64,000 bases of DNA. Source: Escherichia coli (GTDB lineage Bacteria > Pseudomonadota > Gammaproteobacteria > Enterobacterales > Enterobacteriaceae). The DNA lies in NCBI RefSeq assembly GCF_024502345.1, contig NZ_JALDNN010000001.1, one strand, 5' to 3'. Shown piece after piece: positions 48,432 through 60,680 of this stretch. The position numbers and the translations under genes were made by a program. The notes beneath the pieces are model-generated. The model saw only the letters and a list, made by a program, of their open reading frames with translations, was not told where the DNA came from and searched no databases. Every line of letters begins with the position of its first letter. Position 1 is the stretch's first letter.

Positions 48432-49457
48432 ATGAAAGCGTTATCCAAACTGAAAGCGGAAGAGGGCATCTGGATGACCGACGTTCCTGTACCGGAACTC
48501 GGGCATAACGATCTGCTGATTAAAATCCGTAAAACAGCCATCTGCGGGACTGACGTTCACATCTATAACTGGGATGAGTGGTCGCAAAAAACCATCCCGG
48601 TGCCGATGGTCGTAGGCCATGAATATGTCGGTGAAGTGGTAGGTATTGGTCAGGAAGTGAAAGGCTTCAAAATCGGCGATCGCGTTTCTGGCGAAGGCCA
48701 TATCACCTGCGGTCACTGTCGCAACTGTCGTGGCGGTCGTACCCATCTGTGCCGCAACACCATTGGTGTCGGTGTTAACCGTCCGGGCTGCTTCGCCGAA
48801 TATCTGGTGATTCCGGCGTTCAACGCTTTCAAAATCCCCGACAATATCTCCGACGACCTGGCTTCCATTTTTGATCCCTTCGGTAACGCCGTGCATACCG
48901 CGCTGTCGTTCGATCTGGTGGGCGAAGATGTGCTGGTTTCTGGTGCAGGTCCGATAGGTATTATGGCTGCGGCGGTGGCGAAACACGTTGGTGCACGCAA
49001 TGTGGTGATCACCGATGTTAACGAATACCGCCTTGAGCTGGCGCGCAAAATGGGTATCACCCGTGCGGTCAACGTCGCTAAAGAAAACCTTAATGATGTG
49101 ATGGCAGAACTGGGCATGACCGAAGGCTTTGATGTCGGTCTGGAAATGTCCGGTGCGCCGCCAGCGTTTCGTACCATGCTCGACACCATGAACCACGGCG
49201 GTCGTATTGCGATGCTGGGTATTCCACCTTCTGACATGTCGATAGACTGGACAAAAGTGATCTTTAAGGGCTTGTTCATTAAAGGCATTTACGGTCGTGA
49301 GATGTTTGAAACCTGGTACAAGATGGCGGCGCTGATTCAGTCTGGCCTCGATCTCTCGCCGATCATTACCCATCGTTTCTCTATCGATGATTTCCAGAAG
49401 GGCTTTGACGCTATGCGTTCGGGCCAGTCCGGGAAAGTTATTCTGAGCTGGGATTAA
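48432..49457 (+). CDS. tdh: L-threonine 3-dehydrogenase (341 aa)
   Basis: Translation matches Tdh. Confidence 0.95.
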
Positions 49458-49464
49458 CACGAAC

Positions 49465-49490
49465 AAGGGCTGGTATTCCAGCCCTTTTAT
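49465..49490 (+). terminator. Rho-independent terminator of kbl-tdh
   Basis: GGGCTGG ... CCAGCCC hairpin followed by TTTTAT. Confidence 0.7.
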
Positions 49491-49695
49491 CTGAGGATAA
49501 TCTGTTAAATATGTAAAATCCTGTCAGTGTAATAAAGAGTTCGTAATTGTGCTGATCTCTTATATAGCTGCTCTCATTATCTCTCTACCCTGAAGTGACT
49601 CTCTCACCTGTAAAAATAATATCTCACAGGCTTAATAGTTTCTTAATACAAAGCCTGTAAAATGTCAGGATAACTTCAGAGGTCGTCGGTAATTT

Positions 49696-50730
49696 ATGAT
49701 GAACAGCACCAATAAACTTAGTGTTATTATTCCGTTATATAATGCGGGCGATGATTTCCGCACTTGTATGGAATCTTTAATTACGCAAACCTGGACTGCT
49801 CTGGAAATCATTATTATTAACGATGGTTCAACGGATAATTCTGTTGAAATAGCAAAGCATTACGCAGAAAACTATCCGCACGTTCGTCTGTTGCATCAGG
49901 CGAATGCTGGCGCATCGGTGGCGCGTAATCGTGGGATTGAAGTGGCAACGGGCAAATATGTCGCTTTTGTCGATGCTGACGATGAAGTCTATCCCACCAT
50001 GTACGAAACGCTGATGACCGTGGCGTTAGAGGACGACCTCGACGTGGCGCAGTGCAACGCTGACTGGTGTTTTCGTGAAACGGGAGAAACCTGGCAATCC
50101 ATCCCCAGCGATCGCCTTCGCTCAACCGGTGTATTAACCGGCCCGGACTGGCTGCGGATGGGGCTTTCTTCGCGCCGTTGGACTCACGTTGTCTGGATGG
50201 GGGTTTATCGCCGCGATGTTATTGTTAAAAATAACATTAAATTTATTGCCGGATTACATCATCAGGATATTGTCTGGACAACAGAATTCATGTTTAATGC
50301 GCTGCGTGCGCGATATACCGAGCAATCATTATATAAATATTATCTGCATAATACGTCAGTGAGTCGGTTGCATAGACAAGGGAATAAAAACCTTAATTAT
50401 CAACGTCACTATATTAAGATTACCCGCCTGCTGGAGAAATTAAATCGAAATTATGCCGACAAAATTACGATTTATCCGGAATTTCATCAGCAAATAACTT
50501 ACGAAGCATTGCGTGTTTGCCATGCGGTGCGCAAAGAGCCGGATATTCTTACCCGCCAACGGATGATTGCCGAGATATTTACTTCCGGTATGTATAAGCG
50601 CCTGATTACCAATGTGCGCAGCGTGAAGGTGGGTTATCAGGCGTTACTGTGGTCTTTCCGCTTATGGCAATGGCGCGACAAAACGCGGTCGCACCATCGC
50701 ATTACGCGTAGCGCCTTTAATTTGCGCTAG
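49696..50730 (+). CDS. waaH: GT2-family glycosyltransferase WaaH/YibD (344 aa)
   Basis: Translation matches WaaH/YibD. Confidence 0.85.
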   Translation: MMNSTNKLSVIIPLYNAGDDFRTCMESLITQTWTALEIIIINDGSTDNSVEIAKHYAENYPHVRLLHQANAGASVARNRGIEVATGKYVAFVDADDEVYPTMYETLMTVALEDDLDVAQCNADWCFRETGETWQSIPSDRLRSTGVLTGPDWLRMGLSSRRWTHVVWMGVYRRDVIVKNNIKFIAGLHHQDIVWTTEFMFNALRARYTEQSLYKYYLHNTSVSRLHRQGNKNLNYQRHYIKITRLLEKLNRNYADKITIYPEFHQQITYEALRVCHAVRKEPDILTRQRMIAEIFTSGMYKRLITNVRSVKVGYQALLWSFRLWQWRDKTRSHHRITRSAFNLR

Positions 50731-51676
50731 CGTTAAGTTTCGCCGCTTCGGGCTGTTTGCCCCAGCCTTGCCACTGATGCTGGAAGTAAACGATCAGCGT
50801 GCTCTGGCTGATGCTTTCGCTTAATACTTCAAAGAAGCGATTAGCATAAACAGGTTCTATCGGTTTCTTCGGTTTGCACAGCTTCACGCCACGGAACGGA
50901 TTACGCGGTGTGTCGGGCACAGTGTTTTTCGGCGGTGTAGACGTATCAACCTGCGGTTCATTCAGCAAGCTGCTGGCTTTCACCAGCGTAATGTCTGGCG
51001 GCAGGTTATAAACCATCTGTTGTAGCACGCGTACCGTTGAAGGGTGAGGATGCCCAATGGCAATGGTTGAACCGTTGCGACGCGCCAGATCAATTGCGCG
51101 ATTGAACTGCACACGGATGTCCGCTTCGTTCTGTGAATCGTCGAGGAACACCTTCCGTTTAATAACCTTCACGCCAGTGCCTTGCGCGGCGCGCATCGCC
51201 TGGGTATTATCAATGGTTACGCTGTCGAGGAAGTAAAGATTGTAACGCTCCAGCGCCTGCATCACTTTCTGCATACCAAACAGGTTAGAGGTCATCTTGC
51301 TGCCCATGTGGTTGTTGATCCCCACGGCATAGGGCACGTTATTGACCGCACTACGAATAATGCGCTCAATTTCGTCGCTGCTCATCTCCGGGCGTAGCGT
51401 ATTTTTCTCCAGCGGCTGTTTACTCAACGGTGCCATCGGGAGATGAATCAACACTTCGTGACCGCTGTTATGCGCTTTGGTCGCCATCTCTCTGGCGTGC
51501 GGTGAATCGGGTAATACAGCGACGGAGATAGCGGAAGGCATCGCCAGCACCTGGTTTTCGTTGTGCGGGCGATACCCAAAATCATCAATGACGATGGCAA
51601 GTTTGCCAGCAAGTATGGGGGAGGAGAGCGCCAACAGAGCGGCAAATGCAAGAACGTTACGACGAAATGGAAACAA
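50717..51676 (-). CDS. yibQ: Divergent polysaccharide deacetylase family protein (319 aa)
   Basis: Translation matches YibQ. Confidence 0.85.
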   Translation of the reverse strand: MFPFRRNVLAFAALLALSSPILAGKLAIVIDDFGYRPHNENQVLAMPSAISVAVLPDSPHAREMATKAHNSGHEVLIHLPMAPLSKQPLEKNTLRPEMSSDEIERIIRSAVNNVPYAVGINNHMGSKMTSNLFGMQKVMQALERYNLYFLDSVTIDNTQAMRAAQGTGVKVIKRKVFLDDSQNEADIRVQFNRAIDLARRNGSTIAIGHPHPSTVRVLQQMVYNLPPDITLVKASSLLNEPQVDTSTPPKNTVPDTPRNPFRGVKLCKPKKPIEPVYANRFFEVLSESISQSTLIVYFQHQWQGWGKQPEAAKLNASAN

Positions 51677-51679
51677 AAC

Positions 51680-52939
51680 TTATCTTCCCAACCACGGCTG
51701 TGGATTGACCGCCTGACCCTGGCGGCGAATTTCGAAATAGAGTGAAGGCCGACCCTGACCGCCACTGCTGCCCACCAGTGCAATTGGCTGGCCCGCGCGA
51801 ACCTGCGAACCAACGCTCAGCAGTGCGCTCTGATTATAGCCGTAAAGACTCATGTCGCCTTTACCATGCTCAACCACCACCACCAGACCGTAGCCTTGCA
51901 GCCAGTCAGCCAGAATCACCCGACCGTCGGCAATCGCTTTAACTTCAGTACCTTCAGAGGCACCAATCACCATCCCTTTCCAGCGTAATTCACCCTGTAG
52001 CTGCTCGCCATAGCGATGCAGCGTCGGCCCGCGAACCGGCCAGAATGCCTGACCACGCGGCGCGCCCAGGCCACCAGTTCGGGACATCAGCGATTTTTCG
52101 CTTTCAGTCGGTTTGTAGGTGGTGCCTTTACGCGTCGCTTCTTTCTGGCGGTCGCGAACCGCCTGGGCCTCACGTGCTTCTCGTTCTGCACGCGCTTTCG
52201 CCGCGGCTTCCGCACGGGCAATGCTGTTACGCAGACGGGATTCGTTGGCGCGCAGCTCGCTCAACTGTTGCTGACCTTGCTGGATGGAAGACTCCAGCCC
52301 CGCCAGCGTCTTTTTACGCTCGTTCAGAGCCTGAGTCAGTTTCGCCTGTTGGGCGCGCTGTTCATATAACAGCGTTTGTTGCTCGCTTTGTTTCTCTTCC
52401 AGTTCAGCACGCTGCATGGCGACTTCTTCACGCGTTTGCTTCAACTGGGCAATGGTTTCTTGTCGCGCCTGGTTGAGATAGCCGAAATAAGCCTGTAAAC
52501 GCTGTCCACGCTGGCTTTCTTCACCGCTGAGAATTAGCTGAATACCGGTATGCTCGCCCTGACGGAATGCGGCATCCAGTTGTGCGGCGAGGCTGCGCTC
52601 CTGGGCGGCTTTTTGCTGCTCCAGTTTGGCAATCGACGCGTTCATCTCATCAATCTGTTTATTGAGTTGATTGAGCGTGTTTTGCGTTTCGCGCAGCTTA
52701 CGGGTGGCTTCAGAGATCGCTTCTTCCTGCTTTTTCAATTGTGCGAGCAGGCTTGCGCGTTGTTGTTGCTTTTGGCGAACCGCGCGCTCTTTTGCGGCGA
52801 TATCGGCCTGAATAGATTTGAGTTGGTCACGCTCATCCGCGTGGGCGGAAAAGGCGCACAACAATACGCCAGCGCTAAGAACGCTGGCGTAGATGATGGG
52901 CCTGATTGCAAACCTGCGCGGTTTCACGGCCCGTGTCAT
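51680..52939 (-). CDS. envC: Murein hydrolase activator EnvC (419 aa), coiled coil plus LytM domain
   Basis: Translation matches EnvC; start at MTRAVKPRRF. Confidence 0.9.
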   Translation of the reverse strand: MTRAVKPRRFAIRPIIYASVLSAGVLLCAFSAHADERDQLKSIQADIAAKERAVRQKQQQRASLLAQLKKQEEAISEATRKLRETQNTLNQLNKQIDEMNASIAKLEQQKAAQERSLAAQLDAAFRQGEHTGIQLILSGEESQRGQRLQAYFGYLNQARQETIAQLKQTREEVAMQRAELEEKQSEQQTLLYEQRAQQAKLTQALNERKKTLAGLESSIQQGQQQLSELRANESRLRNSIARAEAAAKARAEREAREAQAVRDRQKEATRKGTTYKPTESEKSLMSRTGGLGAPRGQAFWPVRGPTLHRYGEQLQGELRWKGMVIGASEGTEVKAIADGRVILADWLQGYGLVVVVEHGKGDMSLYGYNQSALLSVGSQVRAGQPIALVGSSGGQGRPSLYFEIRRQGQAVNPQPWLGR

Positions 52940-52972
52940 GGTATTAATCGCCTTTCCCCTCATGGGGAGGGA

Positions 52973-54517
52973 TTATTCCACGATGAACAGCGGCTTACCA
53001 GTCATCTCTTGCGGGATTTCCATACCCATCAGCGACAACATGGTCGGCGCGATGTCAGAAAGTTTGCCGCCTTCAACCGCTTTCACGTTCTTATCACCAA
53101 CATAAATCAGCGGAACTGGCAGGTTGGTGTGTGCCGTGTGTGCCTGACCCGTTGCCGGATCGCGCATCTGTTCAGCGTTACCGTGGTCAGCGGTGATCAG
53201 CAGTTGTCCACCCACGGACTCAACCGCTTTCGCGACTTCTTCCACGCAGTGATCCAGTGCTTCAACCGCTTTAACCGCCGCTTCCATCACCCCGGTGTGA
53301 CCTACCATGTCGCCGTTCGGATAGTTACAGATAATGGTGTCGTATTTGCCGCTCTTGATGGCCGCAACCAGTTTTTCGGTCAGCTCTGCGGAGCTCATTT
53401 CCGGTTGCAGATCGTAGGTAGCCACTTTCGGTGAGTTGATCAGAATGCGATCTTCGCCTTTGAACGACTCTTCTACGCCACCGTTGAAGAAGAAAGTAAC
53501 GTGGGCATATTTTTCGGTTTCGGAAATACGCAACTGAGTTTTGTCGTTTTTCGCCATCCACTCGCCGAAGGTGTTAACCAGGGAAGCGGGTGGGTAAGCA
53601 ACAGCAGTTTTGATGTCAGCGGCGTATTCGGTCAGCATCACGAAATCGACGTTAACCACTTTCTTACGCGCGAAGCCATCGAAATCAGCGTTCACGAATG
53701 CACGAGTGATTTCACGCGCGCGGTCAGCACGGAAGTTCATGAAAATCAGCGCATCGCCGTCTTCCATTGCCGCATCTGGCTGACCTTCTGCACGAATAAC
53801 GGTCGCTTTCACGAACTCGTCGTTTTCGTCGCGAGCATAAGCTGCCTGCAAACCAGCAACGGCAGTATCGGCCTGGAACTCACCCTGCGCCAGAGTCAGC
53901 AGGTCATAGGCTTTTTCAACGCGATCCCAACGGTTATCGCGGTCCATCGCGTAGTAACGACCAATGATGGACGCTACGCGGCCTTTACCCAGCGCAGCAA
54001 ATTTCTCTTCAAATTTTTTCAGCGAGGATTCAGCACTGCGCGGCGGGGTGTCGCGACCGTCAAGGAATGCGTGCAGGTAGATTTTTTCTGCGCCGCGTTC
54101 AGCTGCCAGTTCTACCATCGCCATGATGTGATCTTCGTGGCTGTGTACGCCGCCTGCGGAGAGCAGACCCATAATGTGTACTGCTTTACCTGCGTTTTTC
54201 GCTTTATCTACCGCGCCAGTCAGCACTGGATTAGCAAAGAAAGCGCGATCTTTGATTTCAACGTCCAGACGAGTCAGGTCCTGATACACGATGCGGCCGG
54301 CACCCAGGTTAACGTGGCCTACTTCGGAGTTACCCATCTGACGGTCAGGCAGACCGACTTCCAGACCGGAAGCGTCGATCAGGGTATGCGGACGATTGGC
54401 CCACAGTGCATCCATTACCGGGGTTTTAGCACTAAAAATGGCGTTATCCTGCTGTTCTTCACGATAGCCATAGCCATCCAGAATCACCAGTACCATAGGT
54501 TTTTTAGAAACCGACAT
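52973..54517 (-). CDS. gpmM: 2,3-bisphosphoglycerate-independent phosphoglycerate mutase (514 aa)
   Basis: Translation matches GpmM/GpmI; start at [18 protein letters not shown]. Confidence 0.9.
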   Translation of the reverse strand: MSVSKKPMVLVILDGYGYREEQQDNAIFSAKTPVMDALWANRPHTLIDASGLEVGLPDRQMGNSEVGHVNLGAGRIVYQDLTRLDVEIKDRAFFANPVLTGAVDKAKNAGKAVHIMGLLSAGGVHSHEDHIMAMVELAAERGAEKIYLHAFLDGRDTPPRSAESSLKKFEEKFAALGKGRVASIIGRYYAMDRDNRWDRVEKAYDLLTLAQGEFQADTAVAGLQAAYARDENDEFVKATVIRAEGQPDAAMEDGDALIFMNFRADRAREITRAFVNADFDGFARKKVVNVDFVMLTEYAADIKTAVAYPPASLVNTFGEWMAKNDKTQLRISETEKYAHVTFFFNGGVEESFKGEDRILINSPKVATYDLQPEMSSAELTEKLVAAIKSGKYDTIICNYPNGDMVGHTGVMEAAVKAVEALDHCVEEVAKAVESVGGQLLITADHGNAEQMRDPATGQAHTAHTNLPVPLIYVGDKNVKAVEGGKLSDIAPTMLSLMGMEIPQEMTGKPLFIVE

Positions 54518-54761
54518 TGCGACAACCTCATACTCAAGAGTCAAAATTTGCGTAATTTTACTACAGCTGAATCGATAAAATAGCCTCTGAAGATCAAAAT
54601 ATACGACCGCTCGCGGCAAGCCGATGCCAGATTTGCGCTTTTTTTTCGTCGTGCCCCGCAAAATTGCATTCCAGTTAACGCGCTGGCTGTATTTGCCGCA
54701 CCGCGCAGGTATACTCCTTTCCTGGTTTTTTTAATCACTACGTCGGGAGTTGTTACCCCCC

Positions 54762-55193
54762 ATGCAAGAAATTATGCAATTTGTTGGCCGTCATCCCATA
54801 CTGAGTATCGCCTGGATCGCGTTACTGGTGGCGGTTCTTGTGACTACGTTTAAGAGCCTGACCTCGAAAGTGAAGGTGATTACTCGTGGTGAAGCTACGC
54901 GTCTGATCAACAAAGAAGACGCTGTGGTTGTGGATTTACGTCAGCGTGATGACTTCCGTAAAGGCCATATCGCAGGTTCTATCAATCTGTTGCCGAGCGA
55001 AATCAAAGCCAACAATGTTGGTGAGCTTGAGAAGCACAAAGACAAACCGGTTATCGTGGTAGACGGTTCTGGCATGCAGTGCCAGGAGCCTGCAAACGCA
55101 CTGACGAAAGCTGGTTTTGCGCAAGTATTCGTGCTGAAAGAAGGCGTCGCTGGCTGGGCTGGCGAAAACTTGCCTTTGGTGCGCGGCAAATAA
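54762..55193 (+). CDS. yibN: Rhodanese-domain inner-membrane protein (143 aa)
   Basis: Translation matches YibN. Confidence 0.85.
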
Positions 55194-55334
55194 TTTACCT
55201 GTCGTCTTTCATGATGCAGGCCGTTAGCTGCAATTAGGCCCCCAGCGACTTATTGTTATAAGCTTCTGGGGACACTCCATTTTGCAGCCGCCCTGCAACA
55301 TGAAATTTCAGGGTAAAAAAACAGGAGCTAAATT

Positions 55335-55586
55335 ATGGCCAATGTTGAAATCTATACCAAAGAAACCTGCCCGTATTGCCATCGTGCAAAAGCACTGCTG
55401 AGCAGCAAGGGCGTGAGTTTCCAGGAGCTGCCGATCGATGGCAACGCCGCTAAGCGTGAAGAGATGATCAAACGCAGCGGTCGCACCACGGTTCCCCAGA
55501 TTTTTATTGACGCACAGCACATTGGCGGCTGTGATGACTTGTATGCATTGGATGCACGTGGTGGACTGGATCCCCTGCTGAAATAA
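55335..55586 (+). CDS. grxC: Glutaredoxin 3 (83 aa)
   Basis: Translation matches GrxC (CPYC active site). Confidence 0.95.
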
Positions 55587-55648
55587 CGTGTGAACGTTGG
55601 CATTACATTGCGCAGTATTTAAGGACAACACTTAAGGGTTTTCTACAC

Positions 55649-56116
55649 ATGTCAGAACAAAACAACACCGAAATGACTTTCCAGATCCAACGTATTTATA
55701 CCAAGGATATTTCTTTCGAAGCGCCGAACGCGCCGCACGTTTTCCAGAAAGATTGGCAGCCAGAAGTTAAACTTGATCTGGATACGGCATCTACTCAACT
55801 GGCAGATGACGTTTACGAAGTGGTACTGCGTGTTACCGTAACGGCCTCCCTGGGCGAAGAAACCGCGTTCCTGTGTGAAGTGCAGCAGGGCGGTATTTTC
55901 TCCATCGCGGGTATCGAAGGCACCCAGATGGCACATTGCCTGGGCGCATACTGCCCGAACATTCTGTTCCCGTATGCTCGTGAGTGCATCACCAGCATGG
56001 TATCCCGCGGTACATTCCCGCAACTGAACCTTGCGCCGGTTAACTTCGATGCGCTGTTCATGAACTATTTGCAGCAGCAGGCTGGCGAAGGTACTGAAGA
56101 ACATCAGGATGCCTGA
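55649..56116 (+). CDS. secB: Protein-export chaperone SecB (155 aa)
   Basis: Translation matches SecB. Confidence 0.95.
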
Positions 56117-57135
56117 TGAACCAACGTAATGCTTCAATGACTGTGATCGGTGCCGGCTCGTACGGCACCGCTCTTGCCATTACCCTGGCAAGAAATGGCC
56201 ACGAGGTTGTCCTCTGGGGCCATGACCCTGAACATATCGCAACGCTTGAACGCGACCGCTGTAACGCCGCGTTTCTCCCCGATGTGCCTTTTCCCGATAC
56301 GCTCCATCTTGAAAGCGATCTCGCCACTGCGCTGGCAGCCAGCCGTAATATTCTCGTCGTCGTACCCAGCCATGTCTTTGGTGAAGTGCTGCGCCAGATT
56401 AAACCGCTGATGCGTCCTGATGCGCGTCTGGTGTGGGCGACCAAAGGGCTGGAAGCGGAAACCGGGCGTCTGTTACAGGACGTGGCCCGCGAGGCGTTAG
56501 GCGATCAAATTCCGCTGGCGGTTATCTCTGGCCCAACGTTTGCGAAAGAACTGGCGGCAGGTTTACCGACAGCCATTTCGCTGGCCTCGACCGACCAAAC
56601 TTTTGCTGATGATCTTCAGCAGCTGCTGCACTGCGGCAAAAGTTTCCGCGTTTACAGCAATCCGGATTTCATTGGCGTGCAGCTTGGCGGCGCGGTGAAA
56701 AACGTCATTGCCATTGGTGCGGGGATGTCCGACGGTATCGGTTTTGGTGCGAATGCGCGTACGGCGCTGATCACCCGTGGGCTGGCTGAAATGTCGCGTC
56801 TTGGCGCGGCGCTGGGTGCCGATCCTGCCACCTTTATGGGCATGGCGGGGCTGGGGGATCTGGTGCTTACCTGTACCGACAACCAGTCGCGTAACCGCCG
56901 TTTTGGCATGATGCTCGGTCAGGGCATGGATGTACAAAGCGCGCAGGAGAAGATTGGTCAGGTGGTGGAAGGCTACCGCAATACGAAAGAAGTCCGCGAA
57001 CTGGCGCATCGCTTCGGCGTTGAAATGCCAATAACCGAGGAAATTTATCAAGTATTATATTGCGGAAAAAACGCGCGCGAAGCAGCATTGACGTTATTAG
57101 GTCGTGCACGCAAGGACGAGCGCAGCAGCCACTAA
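56116..57135 (+). CDS. gpsA: NAD(P)H-dependent glycerol-3-phosphate dehydrogenase (339 aa)
   Basis: Translation matches GpsA. Confidence 0.95.
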   Translation: MNQRNASMTVIGAGSYGTALAITLARNGHEVVLWGHDPEHIATLERDRCNAAFLPDVPFPDTLHLESDLATALAASRNILVVVPSHVFGEVLRQIKPLMRPDARLVWATKGLEAETGRLLQDVAREALGDQIPLAVISGPTFAKELAAGLPTAISLASTDQTFADDLQQLLHCGKSFRVYSNPDFIGVQLGGAVKNVIAIGAGMSDGIGFGANARTALITRGLAEMSRLGAALGADPATFMGMAGLGDLVLTCTDNQSRNRRFGMMLGQGMDVQSAQEKIGQVVEGYRNTKEVRELAHRFGVEMPITEEIYQVLYCGKNAREAALTLLGRARKDERSSH

Positions 57136-57214
57136 CCCCAGGGAACCTTTGTTACCGCTATGACCCGGCCCGCGCAGAACGGGCCGGTCATTATCTCATC
57201 GTGTGGAGTAAGCA

Positions 57215-58036
57215 ATGTCGTGTGAAGAACTGGAAATTGTCTGGAACAATATTAAAGCCGAAGCCAGAACGCTGGCGGACTGTGAGCCAATGCTGGCCAG
57301 TTTTTACCACGCGACGCTACTCAAGCACGAAAACCTTGGCAGTGCACTGAGCTACATGCTGGCGAACAAGCTGTCATCGCCAATTATGCCTGCTATTGCT
57401 ATCCGTGAAGTGGTGGAAGAAGCCTACGCCGCTGACCCGGAAATGATCGCCTCTGCGGCCTGTGATATTCAGGCGGTGCGTACCCGCGACCCGGCGGTGG
57501 ATAAATACTCAACGCCGTTGTTATACCTGAAGGGTTTTCATGCCTTGCAGGCGTATCGCATCGGTCACTGGTTGTGGAATCAGGGACGTCGCGCACTGGC
57601 AATCTTTCTGCAAAACCAGGTTTCTGTGACGTTCCAGGTTGATATTCACCCGGCAGCAAAAATTGGTCGCGGTATCATGCTTGACCACGCCACGGGTATC
57701 GTTGTGGGTGAAACGGCGGTGATTGAAAACGACGTGTCGATTCTGCAATCCGTCACCCTTGGCGGTACTGGGAAAACTAGCGGCGACCGTCACCCGAAAA
57801 TTCGTGAAGGCGTGATGATTGGCGCGGGCGCGAAGATTCTCGGCAATATTGAAGTTGGTCGCGGCGCGAAGATTGGCGCAGGTTCCGTGGTGCTGCAACC
57901 GGTGCCGCCGCATACCACCGCCGCCGGTGTTCCGGCACGCATTGTCGGTAAACCAGACAGCGATAAGCCATCAATGGATATGGACCAGCATTTCAACGGT
58001 ATTAACCATACATTTGAGTATGGGGATGGGATCTGA
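57215..58036 (+). CDS. cysE: Serine O-acetyltransferase (273 aa)
   Basis: Translation matches CysE. Confidence 0.95.
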   Translation: MSCEELEIVWNNIKAEARTLADCEPMLASFYHATLLKHENLGSALSYMLANKLSSPIMPAIAIREVVEEAYAADPEMIASAACDIQAVRTRDPAVDKYSTPLLYLKGFHALQAYRIGHWLWNQGRRALAIFLQNQVSVTFQVDIHPAAKIGRGIMLDHATGIVVGETAVIENDVSILQSVTLGGTGKTSGDRHPKIREGVMIGAGAKILGNIEVGRGAKIGAGSVVLQPVPPHTTAAGVPARIVGKPDSDKPSMDMDQHFNGINHTFEYGDGI

Positions 58037-58088
58037 TGTCCTGTGATCGTGCCGGATGCGATGTAATCATCTATCCGGCATGGCGTCA

Positions 58089-58562
58089 CTAATCTCTCAA
58101 CAACGCTCCCGGATATCCCAGCTGCCGCCAGGCTTCATACACCACTACCGACACCGCATTGGACAGGTTCATGCTGCGGCTGTCTGGCACCATCGGAATC
58201 CGAATTTTTTGTTCAGCGGGCAGGGCATCAAGAATGCTCGCTGGCAGGCCGCGTGTTTCCGGGCCGAACATCAGATAATCGCCATCCTGATAGCTTACGG
58301 CGCTGTGAGCAGGCGTACCTTTCGTGGTGAGGGCAAACAGGCGCTGGGGATTTTCTGCTTCGAGGAACGCGCTGTAGTCATGATGACGCGTAACGGCGGT
58401 AAACTCGTGATAGTCCAGCCCCGCGCGGCGCAGGCGCTTATCGTCCCAGGCAAATCCCATCGGTTCGATGATATGCAGACGAAAGCCGGTATTAGCGCAA
58501 AGACGGATGATGTTGCCAGTATTTGGCGGAATTTCTGGTTCGTAAAGTACGATGTTTAGCAT
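58089..58562 (-). CDS. trmL: tRNA (Cm34/Um34) 2'-O-methyltransferase (157 aa)
   Basis: Translation matches TrmL/YibK. Confidence 0.9.
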   Translation of the reverse strand: MLNIVLYEPEIPPNTGNIIRLCANTGFRLHIIEPMGFAWDDKRLRRAGLDYHEFTAVTRHHDYSAFLEAENPQRLFALTTKGTPAHSAVSYQDGDYLMFGPETRGLPASILDALPAEQKIRIPMVPDSRSMNLSNAVSVVVYEAWRQLGYPGALLRD

Positions 58563-58607
58563 ACTGCCCCCTTAGTGCGGGGGCAGGATAGCAGAAAATT
58601 GGTGAAC

Positions 58608-58715
58608 CGTGCGGCCTTTTCCCCTCACCCCGGCCCTCCCCCTGTCTCTTGATCAGGAGATCTGATCAAGAGACAGCTCCCTGAGGGAGAGGGTTAGGGT
58701 GAGGGGGCTCAAACG
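58608..58715. repeat. GC-rich imperfect palindrome of about 100 bp with a central pair of inverted 15-bp repeats; one arm is a perfect 19-bp match to the Tn5/IS50 inside end
   Basis: CTGTCTCTTGATCAG-G-AGATCTGATCAAGAGACAG at 58642-58676 flanked by CCCCTCACCCC.../...GGGTGAGGGGG inverted arms; three GATC sites and one AGATCT site. Confidence 0.7.
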
Positions 58716-58716
58716 A

Positions 58717-59907
58717 CTATGCCGCATTCCCTTTCGCCATCGGAGCCAGTGCCGTAGGCAACTCTTTACCCAGCCCCTGCACCAGCGAATCTTGCGTAAT
58801 TTCACTGATCGATTTCGCGCCAGTCAGCGTCATTGCCACTTTCATCTCTTTCTCGATCAGATTTAGCAGGTTAGCTACACCCGCCTGGCCCGCTGTTGCC
58901 AGCGCATACAGGAAAGCACGACCCAGCAGTACGGTGTCGGCACCGAGCGCAATCATACGCACGACATCAAGCCCGTTACGAATTCCGCTATCCGCCAGAA
59001 TGGCGATATCACCTTTCACCGCATCTGCAATAGCGGGCAACGCACGAGCGGAAGAGAGTACACCGTCCAGCTGGCGGCCACCGTGGTTAGAAACCACAAT
59101 TCCATCAGCACCAAAACGTACTGCATCGCGCGCATCTTCCGGATCGAGGATCCCTTTGATCACCATCGGGCCATCCCAGAAATCGCGGATCCACTCAAGG
59201 TCTTTCCATGAGATGGACGGATCGAAGTTATTCCCCAGCCAGCCGATGTAATCTTCCAGTCCGGTCGGTTTGCCGAGATAAGCTGAGATATTACCTAAAT
59301 CATGTGGACGACCGTTCAGGCCCACATCCCACGTCCATTGCGGATGCGTCACCGCCTGCAAGTAGCGGCGCATTGCCGCATTTGGGCCGCTCATACCTGA
59401 ATGCGCATCACGGTAGCGTGCGCCCGGTGTCGGCATATCCACGGTGAAAACCAGCGTCGAACAACCCGCTGCTTTTGCTCGCTCCAGCGCGTTACGCATA
59501 AAGCCGCGATCGCGCAGTACATAAAGCTGGAACCACATTGGGCGCTTGATGGCTGGCGCGACTTCTTCAATCGGGCAAACGGAAACCGTCGAGAGAGTAA
59601 ACGGAATGCCATGCGCGTCCGCCGCTTTGGCTGCCTGAACTTCGCCACGACGCGCATACATGCCACACAAACCCACCGGTGCCAGTGCTACCGGCATCGA
59701 CAATTTCTCATTAAACAGCGTCGTTTCCAAGCTTAAGTCAGACATGTTTTTCAGAATACGCTGGCGCAGTGCCACTTCTGACAAATCTTCCACGTTGCGG
59801 CGCAGCGTGTATTCAGAATATGCACCACCATCCATATAGTGGAACAGGAACGGCGGCAGAATGCGTTGCGCTGCGGCGCGATAATCGCTGGCTGCGGAAA
59901 TAATCAT
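58717..59907 (-). CDS. lldD: L-lactate dehydrogenase, FMN-dependent (396 aa)
   Basis: Translation matches LldD. Confidence 0.95.
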   Translation of the reverse strand: MIISAASDYRAAAQRILPPFLFHYMDGGAYSEYTLRRNVEDLSEVALRQRILKNMSDLSLETTLFNEKLSMPVALAPVGLCGMYARRGEVQAAKAADAHGIPFTLSTVSVCPIEEVAPAIKRPMWFQLYVLRDRGFMRNALERAKAAGCSTLVFTVDMPTPGARYRDAHSGMSGPNAAMRRYLQAVTHPQWTWDVGLNGRPHDLGNISAYLGKPTGLEDYIGWLGNNFDPSISWKDLEWIRDFWDGPMVIKGILDPEDARDAVRFGADGIVVSNHGGRQLDGVLSSARALPAIADAVKGDIAILADSGIRNGLDVVRMIALGADTVLLGRAFLYALATAGQAGVANLLNLIEKEMKVAMTLTGAKSISEITQDSLVQGLGKELPTALAPMAKGNAA

Positions 59908-60680
59908 GCGTTTTTCTCCCTCGAATGCTCATTATGCTCACCGGGCAGGTGGGTAATCCGTGCGTGGCGAGCCTGATCTTCATCGAATCGTTTCATGGTG
60001 GTGTGAACAAAACTAAGGTGCGCCATCATTGCTTTACGCGCCCCGTCGGCATCACCAGCAAAAATGGCGTCAATGACAGCCTGATGTTGTTCGGTCAGTT
60101 GTGAAAAAACCGGTGGCACCAGATACATCCGCTGACGGCTATGCTTCACTGAGGATTGCAGGACATCGAAGAAACCGCGCATGGTTTGCAGCAGCACGAT
60201 GTTATGTGAGGCTTCGGCAATCGCCAGATGAAAACGAACGTCCGCTTGTGAGGCGATATCCGGGTCTTCACTTAGCGTTGCTTCAAAGCAAAGCTGAATC
60301 TTTTCTTTGTCGCCAGGTGTGGCGCGCATTGCCGCATGCCATGCGGTGCTGGCTTCAATGGCGTAGCGGGCTTCCAGAATATCGAAACTGTAATCCGGAT
60401 CATCGGCCATCAGCGTTTTTAGCGGCTGGACGATGTTTTGCTCCGACCATGTGTCATGACGCCAGCGAATAAACGTCCCGCCGCCGCGTCGACTGAGCAG
60501 CACGCCTTCGCTCACCAGTTTTGCCAGCGCCTCGCGCAGTGAATTACGTGATACGCCGAGTTGCATCGCCAGTTGGCGCTCAGCGGGCAACTTCATGCCC
60601 GCTTCCAGGTTTTTTTCATCAATCAGCGCCCGCACACGATCGGCAACCTCGTCTGACAGGCGTCTGGGTAAAACAATCAT
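59904..60680 (-). CDS. lldR: GntR-family lactate regulator (258 aa)
   Basis: Translation matches LldR; start at [10 protein letters not shown]. Confidence 0.9.
   Translation of the reverse strand: MIVLPRRLSDEVADRVRALIDEKNLEAGMKLPAERQLAMQLGVSRNSLREALAKLVSEGVLLSRRGGGTFIRWRHDTWSEQNIVQPLKTLMADDPDYSFDILEARYAIEASTAWHAAMRATPGDKEKIQLCFEATLSEDPDIASQADVRFHLAIAEASHNIVLLQTMRGFFDVLQSSVKHSRQRMYLVPPVFSQLTEQHQAVIDAIFAGDADGARKAMMAHLSFVHTTMKRFDEDQARHARITHLPGEHNEHSREKNA

Noticed and set aside
48441-49466. 341-aa ORF on the minus strand
   Set aside because: Exactly antisense to tdh; compositional artefact
53501-54583. 360-aa ORF on the plus strand (and 52550..53434, 294 aa)
   Set aside because: Antisense to gpmM and envC, both of which give clear matches on the minus strand
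58565-58587. Hairpin CTGCCCCC...GGGGGCAG just upstream of trmL as a terminator for lldD
   Set aside because: On the minus strand it is not followed by a T-run and sits about 130 bp after the lldD stop; more likely part of the palindromic repeat or promoter region than a terminator
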